Shown here: positions 39,871-51,660 of the stretch, in pieces
Layout: each line of letters begins with the position of its first letter
Position numbering within the stretch: the stretch's first letter is position 1
Origin: Polyangiales bacterium
GTDB lineage: Bacteria > Myxococcota_A > Polyangia > Polyangiales > JADJQN01
Reading direction: 5' to 3'
Assembly (NCBI GenBank): GCA_964202905.1
Contig: CAXNJO010000001.1
Location: 768,001-832,000 of the forward strand
DNA length: 64,000 nucleotides
Notes under the pieces: generated by a model
Seen by the model: only the letters and a program-made list of their open reading frames with translations
Told to the model about the DNA's origin: nothing
The model's database searches: none
Position numbers and translations under genes: made by a program

Positions 39871-40533
39871 TCACGCGGGGGCGACGCGCAGCCGATCGTC
39901 GACACGCCGGGCGCCGCGCGTCCCGCGGGCCGCGCCGACGATCGCCTCCCGCTCGCCGTACGAGTCGACGACGCCGGACACGACCACGCTGCCGTCGAGC
40001 ACGTCGAGCTGGATGCGCCGCGCCTCCCGCTCCGCGTGGCGCTCGAGCGCCTCCTCGATCGCCTGCCGCACGTCGCCCACCGCGAGCTTCGCCGGCGCGA
40101 TCTCGAGGCGGTTCGCGATCCCGCGTACGCCCGCGAGGTTGCGCACCGCGCGCTCGGCGTCCTCGCGCTCGGACGAGAAATCGACGTCGCCGTCGAGCGT
40201 CACCCAGCCGTTCGCGATGGTCGAGCGGATGCGCTTGTCGGGCACGAGCACGTCCCACTCGAGCGCGTGCCGCACGGCGGTCGCGATCTCGGTGTCGGTG
40301 GGCTGCCCGACGCCGGGCACCTTCACCTGCACGTCGTTCGCGATGTCGAGGACGCCCGCGACGCGCTGCGCCGCGTGCAGCGCGGCCATCCGCTTCGCCC
40401 AGCTCGGGACGGTGCCCGTCAGGGTCACGATTCCGTCGGCGACCTGCACGCCGATATCCGTCTCGTCCACGCGCGTGTCCCAGGCGAGTTCGCGCAGCAC
40501 GTCCTTCTTGATCTCCGAGTCCGTACGCACCAT
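39871..40533 (-). CDS. Triple BON-domain (OsmY-like) protein
   Basis: Three repeats of D..I...V...L...GxVTLxG.V...A....GV..I.N. Confidence 0.92.
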   Translation of the reverse strand: MVRTDSEIKKDVLRELAWDTRVDETDIGVQVADGIVTLTGTVPSWAKRMAALHAAQRVAGVLDIANDVQVKVPGVGQPTDTEIATAVRHALEWDVLVPDKRIRSTIANGWVTLDGDVDFSSEREDAERAVRNLAGVRGIANRLEIAPAKLAVGDVRQAIEEALERHAEREARRIQLDVLDGSVVVSGVVDSYGEREAIVGAARGTRGARRVDDRLRVAPA

Positions 40534-40767
40534 CGGGGTCCTCCGTCCATCGTCTCCGCGACCAGCGGCGGCTCCGACGCGCCCGCGGGAGTGCGGCGCG
40601 GCGCGGCACCACCGGCGTGGGAGGTCGGCGCGCGGACGCGCCTACGCATCCCCGATCGCAGGGACCGGACCCACCGAAACACGGGGCAGCGGCCCCCTCG
40701 CGTCTGCCCGCGCGGTGCGTGCGCCGCATCGGGTGGCCGCCGTGGATCTCGGCTAGAGTCACGCGCC

Positions 40768-41199
40768 GTGGCGAACGACGACGTACCGCAGAACGCAGCC
40801 CCCGCATCGCGCGCGCACCGGCACCCGTGGCTCGGCGCGATCGATCTCGCGACGGCGCTGCTGCTGCTCGGCGGTGTGTGGGGTGTGCTCCCGGCGCGCT
40901 GGTGGCCCGTCGACGTCGGCGCGTCGGTGCTCGGCGCGCTCCTGCTCGCGTCGGGCGCGGGGCTGCTCGCGGGGGCGCCCTGGGCGCGGCGCGTCGGGCT
41001 CGTCGCGGGCGCGGCCGCGCTCGTGCTCGGGCTCGCGCTCGTCACGACGCTCGCGCTCACGGCCTCGTACCTCGCGGGCCTCTACGGGCCCGTGGGGCGC
41101 GGCGGCGCGGTGATCCTCGCGCTCGTCGCTGCGCTCGCGCTGCCGTACCTCGTGATCTTCCCCGCGGCGCAGCTCGTCGCGCTCCGGAAGCCGGCTTGA
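40768..41199 (+). CDS. Hypothetical four-TM membrane protein
   Basis: Hydrophobic helices, SYLAGLYGPVGRGGA; TAGAGT box 8 nt upstream of the GTG. Confidence 0.75.
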   Translation: MANDDVPQNAAPASRAHRHPWLGAIDLATALLLLGGVWGVLPARWWPVDVGASVLGALLLASGAGLLAGAPWARRVGLVAGAAALVLGLALVTTLALTASYLAGLYGPVGRGGAVILALVAALALPYLVIFPAAQLVALRKPA

Positions 41200-43012
41200 G
41201 CGCCGCGCGCCTCGCCCGCGCGCTCGCCCTGTATGCGGCGCTCCTCGCGTGCGCATGCGTGTTCGTGCACGCGCGGACGCGCCTCGATCCCGCGCCGCTC
41301 CCCGCGCCAGATGCACGCGACGTGGGCGCTCGACGCGCTCACCGCGCTCGCCTCGGGCGATGACCGCTCCCGTGAGCCGCCCGCGAGCGCGCGCGCCTAC
41401 CGACCCGGCGGGACCCGGTCTTCGCGACGGCGTGGTGGCGCGGTCGTCCCGCTCGATCGTGCGACCGTGAGCCAGGGTGCGAGCCTCGCAGAGGCCGCGC
41501 GTGACGGAGCTCGGTCGCGCGCTCGCGACGGAGCCTTCGGTGGCCGGCCTGCGTCGCGGCGCGCGCAGCCCCCTCGCATACACCGTCGCCGTCACGCGCG
41601 GCCGCGGGCCGATCGTGCTCGGTGTGCCGCTGCTCGAGAACCTCGCGCTCGTGCCGCTGCTCGACGGGCTCGCGGCGACGATCGACGGCGAGACCGCCTA
41701 CCTCACGCCGGACGAGCTGCGCGCGGAGGGCACCTGGGATCGCGGTGTCCCGACGCCGATCCCCGATCTCACGATCGGCGCCGCCGTCGATGGCCTCGCC
41801 TCGCGCCTCGCGCGGGAGCTCGGACACGACGCGGAGGCGCTCGCCTCGCGCGGCCGCGTCGAGCGCCTGCGCGTCACCGCGCTCGACCGCGAGCCCTACC
41901 CGCGCGAGACCGCGCCCACCGAGCGGGCGCTCCGCCAGGCTGCGCGCGAAGGCGCGGAGTTCCTGCTGCGCCACATGCGTCCCGACGGCAGCTACACCTA
42001 CGTCTACGATGGTCGTACGGGGCGCGACCACGGCGACGCCTACAACGTGCCCCGGCACGCGGGCACCTCGTACTTCCTCTCGCTCGTCGGGCGGCTCGAC
42101 GCGATGCCCGAGGCCCGCGCGGGTGCGCGTCGTGCGCTCTTCTGGCTGCGGTCGCGCGCGCGTCGCTGCGGCGGCGAAGATCGCTGGTGCATCGTCTCCG
42201 ACGACGGGCGCGTCGAGCTCGGATCGTCGGCGCTCGCGACGATCGCCGTCGCCGACTACCTCGCGGGCGGCGACGACCCGGAGCTGCGCCCGATGCTCGC
42301 GGGGCTCACCGCCTTTCTGCGCGCGCAGCAGCGCTCGGACGGCGAGCTCATGCACGAGTACGACCTCGCGGGGGGCCGCCCGATCGACGTGCAGCACCTC
42401 TACTACAGCGGCGAGGCCGCCTTCGCGCTCGTCCTCGCGCACGAGGCCGCGGGCGACCGCCGCAACCTCGAGGCCGCACGGCGCGTGATGCGGCACCTCA
42501 CGGGCGCGGGCTGGCGCTTCTTCGGCAGCCGCTACTACTACGGCGAGGAGCACTGGACGTGCATCGCCGCGGGCGCCGCGCGCCGCGTGACGAACACCGA
42601 CGCGGCGCTCGACTTCTGCGATCGCTGGGCTTCGTACAACCGCGCGCTCCAGTACGGCCCGGGCGAGACGCCGTGGCCCGTCTCGGGCGCGTACGGCGTC
42701 GGCCCGGTGATCCTGCCGCGCCTCACGCCGATCGCGTCGCGCACCGAGGCCTTCGTCTCGACCTGGGAGCTCGCCGCGCACCACGGACGCCGCGACGCGC
42801 CGCTGCGCCGGCAGATCGAGCGCGGCCTCGGCGCGCTGCTCCGCTACCGCTGGGCGCCCGGCCCGACGCATCTCCTCGCGCACCCGCTCGGCGCGCGCGG
42901 CGGCATCCCCGGCAGCCCGGTCGATCTGACGATCCGCAACGACTTCGTGCAGCACGCGGGGGCCGCGATGATCCGCTGGGCCGACCTGCTGCGCGCGGAG
43001 CGCGCGCGCTGA
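41196..43012 (+). CDS. Hypothetical exported (alpha/alpha)-barrel-like protein; several frameshifts in 41300-41510
   Basis: The TTG overlapping the upstream stop gives a signal-like LARALALYAALLACACVFVH. Coherent ORF 41477..43012 has DGSYTYVY, YNVPRHAGT, LGSSAL, YYSGEAAFAL, RNDFVQHA. Confidence 0.65.
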
Positions 43013-43029
43013 ATCACGGTTCAGTCGCG
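43005..43029. repeat. Dispersed CTGAA-N6-TTCAG palindrome, copy 2
   Basis: cgcgctgaatcacggttcagtcgcg, overlapping the stop codon at 43010-43012. Confidence 0.7.
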
Positions 43030-43102
43030 TCGCCAAACGGGTCACGGTGCGTCGCCGCGCCGCCATGTTTCCGCGCGGGTCGTGGCGCGTGGCGCGCGGG
43101 GC

Positions 43103-43279
43103 TCACGTGATCGCGCAGCGGGCGAGGGTGAGCGCGACGTCTTCCTGGGGAGGCGGGTCGCTGCGGCCATCGTCACCGACGAAGAGGAACTCCGGCGGGA
43201 GTCGGCCCTCGTCGAGGTAGCGGGCGAGAAGTTCGACGAGCTGCGCGTCCTCGACGGTGTGTTGATCGATGCGGCTCAC
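43103..43279 (-). CDS. Small hypothetical protein or gene remnant
   Basis: MSRIDQHTVEDAQLVELLARYLDEGRLPPEFLFVGDDGRS...; protein-like composition but only 58 aa. Confidence 0.35.
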   Translation of the reverse strand: MSRIDQHTVEDAQLVELLARYLDEGRLPPEFLFVGDDGRSDPPPQEDVALTLARCAIT

Positions 43280-43467
43280 GCATGCGCGGGAGGGTGGACA
43301 TCTTGGACCTCCGGGTACTGCGGGCGCTGTGCGTGCCTGCCCACCACTGTGGGGACGCGCGCGCCGAACGCGCAACCCGGCGGCGTTGCGCGCTGGACGC
43401 CCCTGTGGTCGCGTGCTCTCCTCCGCCCCGCTTGCGCGCACCCCGCGCGCCGCGAGGCACGCCTCCC

Positions 43468-44142
43468 ATGACCGCCACGCTCGGGGCCATCGCGCTCGGT
43501 CTCCTCGTCGGCGCGCGCCACGCGTTCGAGCCGGATCACCTCGCCGCCGTCGGCACGCTCGTGGCCGACGCGCGCGGTCCGCTGCGTGCGGCCTGGCTCG
43601 GCGCCGCGTGGGGGCTCGGGCACACCGTCGCGCTCGGCGTGGTCGCGTGCGCGCTCGCGCTGCTCGGTGCCGCGCTGCCGGCGGGGCTCGAGCGCGCGCT
43701 GGAGCTCGGCGTCGCGGCGATGCTCCTCGCGCTCGGCGTCCGCGGGATCGTCGAGGCGGTGCGCGACCACCGTCGCGGTCCGGCGTTCCGGCATGCGCAC
43801 GGCCTGCACGCGCACGCGCACGGCGGCGCCGGCGCGCACGTCCACGTCGCGGGGCGCACGCTCGCGCTGCGTCCCTTCGTCGTCGGCGTCGTGCACGGCC
43901 TCGCCGGGAGCGGCGCGCTCACGGCGCTCGCGACGGCCGCCTTCCCCGACGTGCGCGCGCGCCTGCTCTACGTGCTGCTCTTCGGGGCGGGCTCGGTGCT
44001 CGGGATGGCCGCGATCAGCGGGCTCGCCGGCTTCCCGCTCGCGCGTCTCGCGCGGTCACCGCGAACGCACCGCGCCTTCTCGCTCGCCGTCGCGCTCGGG
44101 GCCGTCGCGACGGGCCTCGCCTGGGGCTGGAGCGCCGTCTGA
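43468..44142 (+). CDS. Nickel/cobalt transporter-like (UreH/NicO-type) membrane protein
   Basis: GARHAFEPDHLAAV, WGLGHT, His-rich loop HAHGLHAHAH, GVVHGLAGSGAL. Confidence 0.85.
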   Translation: MTATLGAIALGLLVGARHAFEPDHLAAVGTLVADARGPLRAAWLGAAWGLGHTVALGVVACALALLGAALPAGLERALELGVAAMLLALGVRGIVEAVRDHRRGPAFRHAHGLHAHAHGGAGAHVHVAGRTLALRPFVVGVVHGLAGSGALTALATAAFPDVRARLLYVLLFGAGSVLGMAAISGLAGFPLARLARSPRTHRAFSLAVALGAVATGLAWGWSAV

Positions 44143-44182
44143 GACGCGGCCTGCGCGGCGCCGCCGGCCCCGCGTCGCGACC

Positions 44183-44818
44183 TCAGCCGGGCGTGTAGGG
44201 CGTCACGCCATCGGGGCCGACGACGCCGACGATCGCCTCGAGCGCGGGCGGCTCGGGCTGCGCGAGCGCGCCCGCGACCGAGCCGACGAGGATCCACCCG
44301 AGGAGCCGCTCGTGCGGCGCGAGCCCGAGCAGCGCCGAGAGCGCGTCGCCCCGATCGAACGGCACGTTCTTCCACACCGCGCCGAGCCCGAGCGCGTGGG
44401 CGGCGAGCGCGATCGCGTAGCCCGTGCAGGCCGCGCTCGCGTGCTGCTCCCACTCGGCGATCTTGTGGCCGACGCGCGGCGAGGCGACGAGCAGCACCAG
44501 CGTGGGCGCGGCGAAGGCCTTGGCGCGCACCTTCTCGAGCGCCGCCTCCGGCGCGTCGGGGCGCGCCTCGCGCATCGCGCCGACGAGCGCCTCGCCCACG
44601 CGCGCGCGGCCCGCGCCCGACGCGACGAGGAAGCGATATGGCCGCAAACCCCCGTGATCCGGGACGGTGGTGCCCGCCTGCAGCAGCTGCGCGAGCTGCG
44701 CGGGGCTCGGCCCGGGCTCGACGAGCGCGGCGTGGCTGCGGCGCGAGAGGATCACCTCGATGGCTCCCTCGACCGGGGTGCGCGGATCGGGCGGGGCGGG
44801 CTTGCGGAGCAGCGACAT
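44183..44818 (-). CDS. Nitroreductase family protein (YdjA-like)
   Basis: [34 protein letters not shown]. Confidence 0.88.
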   Translation of the reverse strand: MSLLRKPAPPDPRTPVEGAIEVILSRRSHAALVEPGPSPAQLAQLLQAGTTVPDHGGLRPYRFLVASGAGRARVGEALVGAMREARPDAPEAALEKVRAKAFAAPTLVLLVASPRVGHKIAEWEQHASAACTGYAIALAAHALGLGAVWKNVPFDRGDALSALLGLAPHERLLGWILVGSVAGALAQPEPPALEAIVGVVGPDGVTPYTPG

Positions 44819-44904
44819 GGGCGGGGTTCTCGTGTGTCCCGGGGCGTCGCGCAAGCCGGTCGATCGCGGGCGTCGTCCGGCGTTATGGCGGAGCCGCATC
44901 CGGT

Positions 44905-44933
44905 TTGACAGTCGCGCACCGCTCTTCTACAAG
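44905..44933 (+). promoter_or_regulatory. sigma70-like promoter of metK
   Basis: TTGACA-N17-TACAAG; AAGGAG SD before ATG 45000. Confidence 0.55.
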
Positions 44934-44999
44934 CGCCGCTCGACGCGTCGCTCCCGTCCGCGCAGCGTGGCCGCGGGTGCCGACTTTCCAAGGAGATCC

Positions 45000-46316
<1,317 letters not shown>

Positions 46317-46340
46317 TCCCGGGCCGCTCCCGTTCCCCGG

Positions 46341-46370
46341 CGCGCCGCTGAACCACCATTCAGCGGCGCG
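46341..46370. terminator. Perfect 12-bp-stem hairpin (CTGAA-N6-TTCAG family, copy 3) between convergent genes
   Basis: cgcgccgctgaa-ccacca-ttcagcggcgcg. Confidence 0.7.
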
Positions 46371-46409
46371 TTGCGTTGGGGGGCCGTGCGCGCGCGGTGC
46401 GCGGCGCGC

Positions 46410-47021
46410 TCAGGGGGCGGGGCGCGCCGCGAGGACCTCGGCGACGTCGGGCCGCCGCACGCGCCAGACGAGAAACGCGTACGCGAGCGCGAAGACGCCC
46501 GAGACGGCCGCGTAGAGCAGGAGCGCGATGCCGCCGAAGCCGGGCCCACCGCGCGCGAGCTCCGCGGCGGCCTCGGGGGGCAGTTGTCCGGCGGCCTCCG
46601 CGTAGCGCAGGTAGGCGCGATCGAGCTCCGGGTGCGCGCGCAGCGCGGCGCCGAACGAGACGCAGTCGCCCACCGTCCACGCGAGGTTCGCGAGCGCGGC
46701 CTGCGCGAGCCACCACGGGCCCGTGCGGCGCCCGACGACGAGCGTGCCCGAGGCGAAGAGGAGCAGCGCCGCGACCGCGAGCCCCGCGGCGCCGACGGCG
46801 CGGCGGTGTGCGGGCTTCAGCAGCGCGTCGCTCATCACGGCCGCGAACTCCGTGTAGGCCTGCAATTCGGCTTCGTTGCGGTGCCCTTGCAGCGCAGCCT
46901 CCGGGGGCGTCGCCGGCGGCGTCAGCGCCGAACACGAGCGCATCACCCCGCAGTTGCCGAGGATGAAGGCGAGGCCCGACACGAGGAGGATGGCGCGGGC
47001 GCCGCTGGGGATTCGAGCCAC
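46410..47021 (-). CDS. Hypothetical membrane protein
   Basis: About four hydrophobic segments; GC3-biased codons; TAGATC 7 nt upstream of the GTG. Confidence 0.65.
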   Translation of the reverse strand: MARIPSGARAILLVSGLAFILGNCGVMRSCSALTPPATPPEAALQGHRNEAELQAYTEFAAVMSDALLKPAHRRAVGAAGLAVAALLLFASGTLVVGRRTGPWWLAQAALANLAWTVGDCVSFGAALRAHPELDRAYLRYAEAAGQLPPEAAAELARGGPGFGGIALLLYAAVSGVFALAYAFLVWRVRRPDVAEVLAARPAP

Positions 47022-47187
47022 CGGCGCGGATCTACTTCCGGGCCGCGCGCGCGCAAGGGGGCCGTGGGGACGCGCGCGGCGCGTGCCGGGTCACGCGGCC
47101 CGTGCCACGCTGCGAATCTTCCGCGGCGCGTCGTCGGCGGGTGTCGCTCGGTGGATGGGTCGCTCGGCCGGTCCAGGGGGGGAGACG

Positions 47188-47751
47188 ATGGAGCTCCGGA
47201 TCAACGTGGTGCTGCTCTCGATCCTCGCGTGTGCGTGGGCGACGTTGTCCACCTCGGAGCCCGCGGCCGCCCTCGATCCGGCCTCTCCGGCGACGCGTGC
47301 GCTGGCCGCCCTCGAGGACGATTTTGCCGTGCACCCGGGCGATCTCCGCCTCGCGCGTGCCCTCTCGACCGCCTACCTCGAGGTCGACCGCCCCGGCCTC
47401 GCCGTCGCCGCGCTGCGCGCCGCCGACCCCACGCTGCTCGAGGACCCGACCCTCGCGCACCGCCTCGCGCAGGCCTACGAGCGTAGCGGCCGCGTGCTCG
47501 ACGCCCTCGCGACGGCCGACCTCGCGCTGCAGCGCTGCGCGCGCGCGCTCGGCGCACCGGAGGCGTCGGAGGTGACCCCGGTGCCGCGCTTCGGCTGCTC
47601 GGAGCGCACGTACGCGTCGCTCGACGTCCACCGCAGCGCGCTCGGCCACATGGTGCGCTGGGGCGTCGCCGAGCCCGCATCCGACGCGCGCGCGGCCGTC
47701 GCCTACCGCCTCGCGACCCGCTCGGCGACGCTCGCCTCCGCCGCGGAGTAG
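47188..47751 (+). CDS. Exported TPR-like protein
   Basis: GGAG SD; N-terminal hydrophobic segment; LARALSTAYL...LAHRLAQAYERSG helical repeats. Confidence 0.65.
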   Translation: MELRINVVLLSILACAWATLSTSEPAAALDPASPATRALAALEDDFAVHPGDLRLARALSTAYLEVDRPGLAVAALRAADPTLLEDPTLAHRLAQAYERSGRVLDALATADLALQRCARALGAPEASEVTPVPRFGCSERTYASLDVHRSALGHMVRWGVAEPASDARAAVAYRLATRSATLASAAE

Positions 47752-47909
47752 CGGCCGGCGCAACCCCAGGCCGCTGCGCGCGTCTATCCGCGCGGGCGGA
47801 GGCGCCCTCGCGCGCGGATTCGGGGTGATTCAGCGCTGCCGCGGGACGGCGCCGCGCGGTGCGCCCCTTCCCCTCGGGGCGCGGCGACCCCATTCTGCCC
47901 AGTCGGTTC

Positions 47910-49643
47910 ATGCATCGCATCGTCCGAGCGTTCGAAGCCGCGAGGCCCGCCGCGACCCCCGACTTCACGTCGACGCGCCTCGCGTGGCTCATCAAGCTGC
48001 GCTGGCTCGCGCTCGCGGGGATCGGCGCGGGCGCCCTGCTCGCGGCATCGGGCGCGTACCCTGGCGTGCACTGGCGGCTGCTCCTCGGCTCCGCGGCGGT
48101 CGGCGCGGCCTACAACGGCGCGCTCTTCGTGTGGATGCGGCGGAGTGGCGCGGCGGACCACGCGCCCGAGCGCGCCCGCCGCCTCGCGACGGCGCAGGCC
48201 ATCGTCGACATGCTCCTGCTCACGGTCGTGCTCTGGGCGGCCGGGGGCGTCCGCACGCCGTTCGTCGCGCTCTACGTCTTCCACGTCGCGCTCGTCGGGA
48301 TGCTCGGCGGGGCGCGCGCGACGCTCGTCGCGGCATCGGTCGCCGTCGGATGCGCGGGGCTGCTCGCGCTCACGGACTTCATGCCCGGCATGCGCATCGG
48401 CGTCTGGCACCCGAGCGAGACCTGGCAGCACGTCGCCGATTTCGCGGCGTTCACGAGCACGATCGGCGCGGTGGCGTACATCGTCACGCACGCGATGAAC
48501 GAGCTGCGTGCCCGCGAGCGCGCGCTCGGTGACGCGCAGGCCCGCGCCGCGCTCGAGCTCGAACTGCTCTCGACGACGCTGAACCAGCTCGACGCCGGGC
48601 TCGAGGTCGTCGGGTCGGACGGCGCCATCGTCTGGCGCAACAAGCGCGCCGAAGAGCTCGCGCCGTTCGCGGGCGACGCGCGCTCCTGGGAGGGCGTCTC
48701 GTCGCCGCGCGGCGCGGGGAGGCGGCGTTTCCGCGCGCACCTGCCCGCGGGCGAGCGCGTCTACGAGCGGCACGAGCTGCCCCTCGAGGCCGACGCGCGG
48801 GGCCCGCAGCGCACGATGAATCTCTACCTCGACCACACGGCCGCGACGCTCGCGGAGCAGCAGCTCCTGCTCGCCGAGCGCCTCGCGAGCCTCGGCCGCG
48901 TCGCGCAGGGCGTCGCGCACGAGCTGAACACGCCGCTCGCCACGATCCGCACGCTTGCGACGGATGTGCGCGAGGTCATCGGTGTCCTGCGCAACCCCGA
49001 GACGGGCGCCGAGCGGCGCGAGGCCCTGCTCGTCGACATCGACGAGTCCGCGGCGCTCATGGCGGACGAGACGCGCCGCCTCGGGCGCATCACGCAGTCG
49101 CTGCTCGCGGGGGGCGACCTCGTGCGCACCGCGATCGACGGTCAGGTGCGGCTCGCGGCGGTCGTCGAGCGCGCGCGGGCGCTGGTGTTCGCCGGCGTGC
49201 AGGACGGGCCCGAGGTGCGCGTCGATGCGGACGTCGACGAGCTGAGCGTCGCGGCCGATTCGGACCGCCTCGTGCAGGTTCTCGTGAACCTTCTGCAGAA
49301 CGCGTCGGACGCGGTGCGGGATCGCGGCGCGCACGTCGCGGTGCGCGCGTGTCGGCAGGGCAGCACGGTGGCGCTCATCGTCGAGGACGACGGCCCCGGC
49401 GTGGACCCGGCGATCCGCGCGCGCCTCTTCGAGCCCTTCGCCTCGACCAAGCCGCCCGGCGAAGGCACGGGTCTCGGCCTCTACACGTCGTTCATGCTCG
49501 TCGAGGCGATGGCAGGCACGCTCTCCCTCGAGCCCCGCGAGGGCGGGGGTACCCGCGCGACGGTGCGCCTCCCGGCGGCGGCCACGCGGCGCCACCGCAC
49601 GCCCCATCAGGCCTTCGTGTTCGACCGAGGAGATGCACGGTGA
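47910..49643 (+). CDS. Membrane sensor histidine kinase (RegB/NtrB-like)
   Basis: WLIKLRW N-terminal TM domain, ERLASLGRVAQGVAHELNTPL, QVLVNLLQNA, EDDGPG, FEPFASTK, GTGLGL. Confidence 0.92.
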   Translation: MHRIVRAFEAARPAATPDFTSTRLAWLIKLRWLALAGIGAGALLAASGAYPGVHWRLLLGSAAVGAAYNGALFVWMRRSGAADHAPERARRLATAQAIVDMLLLTVVLWAAGGVRTPFVALYVFHVALVGMLGGARATLVAASVAVGCAGLLALTDFMPGMRIGVWHPSETWQHVADFAAFTSTIGAVAYIVTHAMNELRARERALGDAQARAALELELLSTTLNQLDAGLEVVGSDGAIVWRNKRAEELAPFAGDARSWEGVSSPRGAGRRRFRAHLPAGERVYERHELPLEADARGPQRTMNLYLDHTAATLAEQQLLLAERLASLGRVAQGVAHELNTPLATIRTLATDVREVIGVLRNPETGAERREALLVDIDESAALMADETRRLGRITQSLLAGGDLVRTAIDGQVRLAAVVERARALVFAGVQDGPEVRVDADVDELSVAADSDRLVQVLVNLLQNASDAVRDRGAHVAVRACRQGSTVALIVEDDGPGVDPAIRARLFEPFASTKPPGEGTGLGLYTSFMLVEAMAGTLSLEPREGGGTRATVRLPAAATRRHRTPHQAFVFDRGDAR

Positions 49644-51037
49644 CCCAGGGAAGCGTCCTGATCGTCGACGACGACCCCGAGTTCCGTTTCGCGATGCGCA
49701 AGGCCCTCGCGCGGCTCGGCTACGACGTGTCCGAAGCGCCCGGCGGTCGGGAGGCGCTGAGCGCCCTCGCCCGCGGGACGCCCCCGGACGCCGCGCTCCT
49801 CGACCTGCGCATGGAGGGGCTCGACGGGCTCACCGTGCTGCGCCGCCGCGGCTCGTGCCCGACGCGGATCATCGTGCTCACCGGGCATGGCACCGTGCAG
49901 GCCGCGGTCGATGCGATGCGCCTCGGCGCGTTCTCGTTCCTCGAGAAGCCCTTCGAGACCGAGGTGCTGAGGCCGCTGCTCGCGCAGGCCGTCGCCGAGA
50001 CGCAGCGCGCGCGCAGCGGCCAGGGTGCGCCGGTCCCGCGCCTCGTCGGGACGAGCGCCGCGATCGACGAGGTGCGCCGCTTCATCGCGCGCGTCGGGCC
50101 GACGGACGAGACCGTCGCGATCTACGGCGAGACGGGCACGGGCAAGGAGGTCGTCGCGCACCACCTCCACCTCGCGAGCGGCCGCGCGCGGCGCCCCTTC
50201 GTCGCGCTCAACGCCGCGTGCGTCCCGCGTGAGCTCTTCGAGAGCGAGCTCTTCGGCCACAAGAAGGGCGCGTTCACGGGCGCGACGGCCGATCACAGCG
50301 GCCTCTTCCGCGACGCGAACGGCGGCACGCTCTTCATCGACGAGCTCGGCGAGCTCCCGCTCGACAGCCAGGCGAAGCTCCTGCGCGCGCTCGAGACGCG
50401 GCACATCCGGACGGTCGGCGACAACAAGGAGACGTCCGTCGACGTGCGCATCCTCGCCGCGACGAACCGCGATCTCTGGGCGGAGGTGCGCGCCGGCCGC
50501 TTCCGCGAGGACCTCTTCTTCCGCCTGCAGGTCCTGCCCGTGATGCTGCCCCCGCTGCGCGCGCGGCTGCCGGACATCGTCCCCCTCGCGGAGGAGCTGA
50601 TGCTGCGTGTCTCCCCGCAGCCGCGCCTCTTCACGGCCGACGCCCGCGTCGCGCTCGAGAGCTACGATTGGCCCGGGAACGTCCGGGAGCTCTTGAATGT
50701 CTTGCGCCGTGTCTCTCTCTTTGCGGACGGCGAGGCGATCGACGGTGCGCTGGTGCGCCGGATGATCTCCGCGAGCGTCTTCGCGCAAGCCCACGCCGAG
50801 CGTCAGGAGCAACGAGTCATGCCCACCCCGCTTCGTAACCCCGAGCCGATGCTGCAGGACATGCCGGTGAAACCCATCACCACGAACCTGGCGGACGTCG
50901 AGCGCCAGCACATCGAGAGCGTGCTGCTGAGCATGGACCACAACATCACGCGCACCGCCATCGCGCTCGGGATCGACCGCCGGACGCTGCAGCGTAAGCT
51001 GCGCGCCTATGGCTACGCGAGCACCGGCGACGACTGA
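49640..51037 (+). CDS. sigma54-dependent response regulator (NtrC family)
   Basis: REC domain (VDDD, LLDLRM, LTG, KP), GETGTGKE, ESELFGHKKGAFTGA, DELGE, WPGNVREL, Fis-type HTH; GTGA coupling to the kinase. Confidence 0.96.
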   Translation: MTQGSVLIVDDDPEFRFAMRKALARLGYDVSEAPGGREALSALARGTPPDAALLDLRMEGLDGLTVLRRRGSCPTRIIVLTGHGTVQAAVDAMRLGAFSFLEKPFETEVLRPLLAQAVAETQRARSGQGAPVPRLVGTSAAIDEVRRFIARVGPTDETVAIYGETGTGKEVVAHHLHLASGRARRPFVALNAACVPRELFESELFGHKKGAFTGATADHSGLFRDANGGTLFIDELGELPLDSQAKLLRALETRHIRTVGDNKETSVDVRILAATNRDLWAEVRAGRFREDLFFRLQVLPVMLPPLRARLPDIVPLAEELMLRVSPQPRLFTADARVALESYDWPGNVRELLNVLRRVSLFADGEAIDGALVRRMISASVFAQAHAERQEQRVMPTPLRNPEPMLQDMPVKPITTNLADVERQHIESVLLSMDHNITRTAIALGIDRRTLQRKLRAYGYASTGDD

Positions 51038-51566
51038 GCCCCGCTCCGAGCTGCGCCGCGCGCGCACCGCCTCACCCCGGCAGCGCGTTGTCGTCGGGGC
51101 CGCCACGGCGAGCAGCCTGGCCCTCGGCGCCGTGATCGTGGGCTGCGGGGGCGCGACCCTGCCCGGGGCAGAGAGCGCGGACGAGGACACGCCGCGCGAG
51201 CGCGTGGCCGTCGCGTTGCGGCTCGAGGACGCGGGCGTGCGCGCGGGGACGGACCTGCCCGAGAACCGCGTTGTGCTCGCGTTGATCCGCGAGGCCGACG
51301 GACGCACCGAAACCCACCGCGCCGATCTCGCCGGGGGTGCTTGCACGCACGCCGCGCCCACGGCGGGCGCGCTCGCGACGGTGGGTTGCTGGTGGGCCGG
51401 CGCGGGCGCGCGCTACGACCTCGTTCGCAGTGGTGACGCGTTGATCGTGCGCCGCGTGCGTCTCGACGAGGCGCTGCCGCACGAGCTGCCGGCCGAGCCG
51501 GTGCTGCGCGTCGCGCTCTCGGCGGCGGCCCGCGTCGACGTCGTCGCGTCCGACGCCGCGCGCTGA
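51009..51566 (+). CDS. Hypothetical lipoprotein (start uncertain)
   Basis: LALGAVIVGC lipobox-like segment, CWWAGAG motif; fills the gap between genes. Confidence 0.55.
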   Translation: MATRAPATTEPRSELRRARTASPRQRVVVGAATASSLALGAVIVGCGGATLPGAESADEDTPRERVAVALRLEDAGVRAGTDLPENRVVLALIREADGRTETHRADLAGGACTHAAPTAGALATVGCWWAGAGARYDLVRSGDALIVRRVRLDEALPHELPAEPVLRVALSAAARVDVVASDAAR

Positions 51567-51573
51567 GGCCCCG

Positions 51574-51597
51574 CGCGACTGAATCACGGTTCAGCGC
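51574..51597. repeat. Dispersed CTGAA-N6-TTCAG palindrome, copy 4
   Basis: cgcgactgaatcacggttcagcgc between convergent genes. Confidence 0.7.
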
Positions 51598-51660
51598 CGT
51601 CCCCCTCTCGTGGCGAGCCTGTGCGCCCGCGCCGTGTCGGCGCCGTCCGCGGCGGCGCGG

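Noticed and set aside
44934..44999. SAM/SAH riboswitch upstream of metK
   Set aside because: The leader is short and I could not match conserved SAM-I, SAM-II, SAM-SAH or SAH cores; an Infernal/Rfam scan would settle it.
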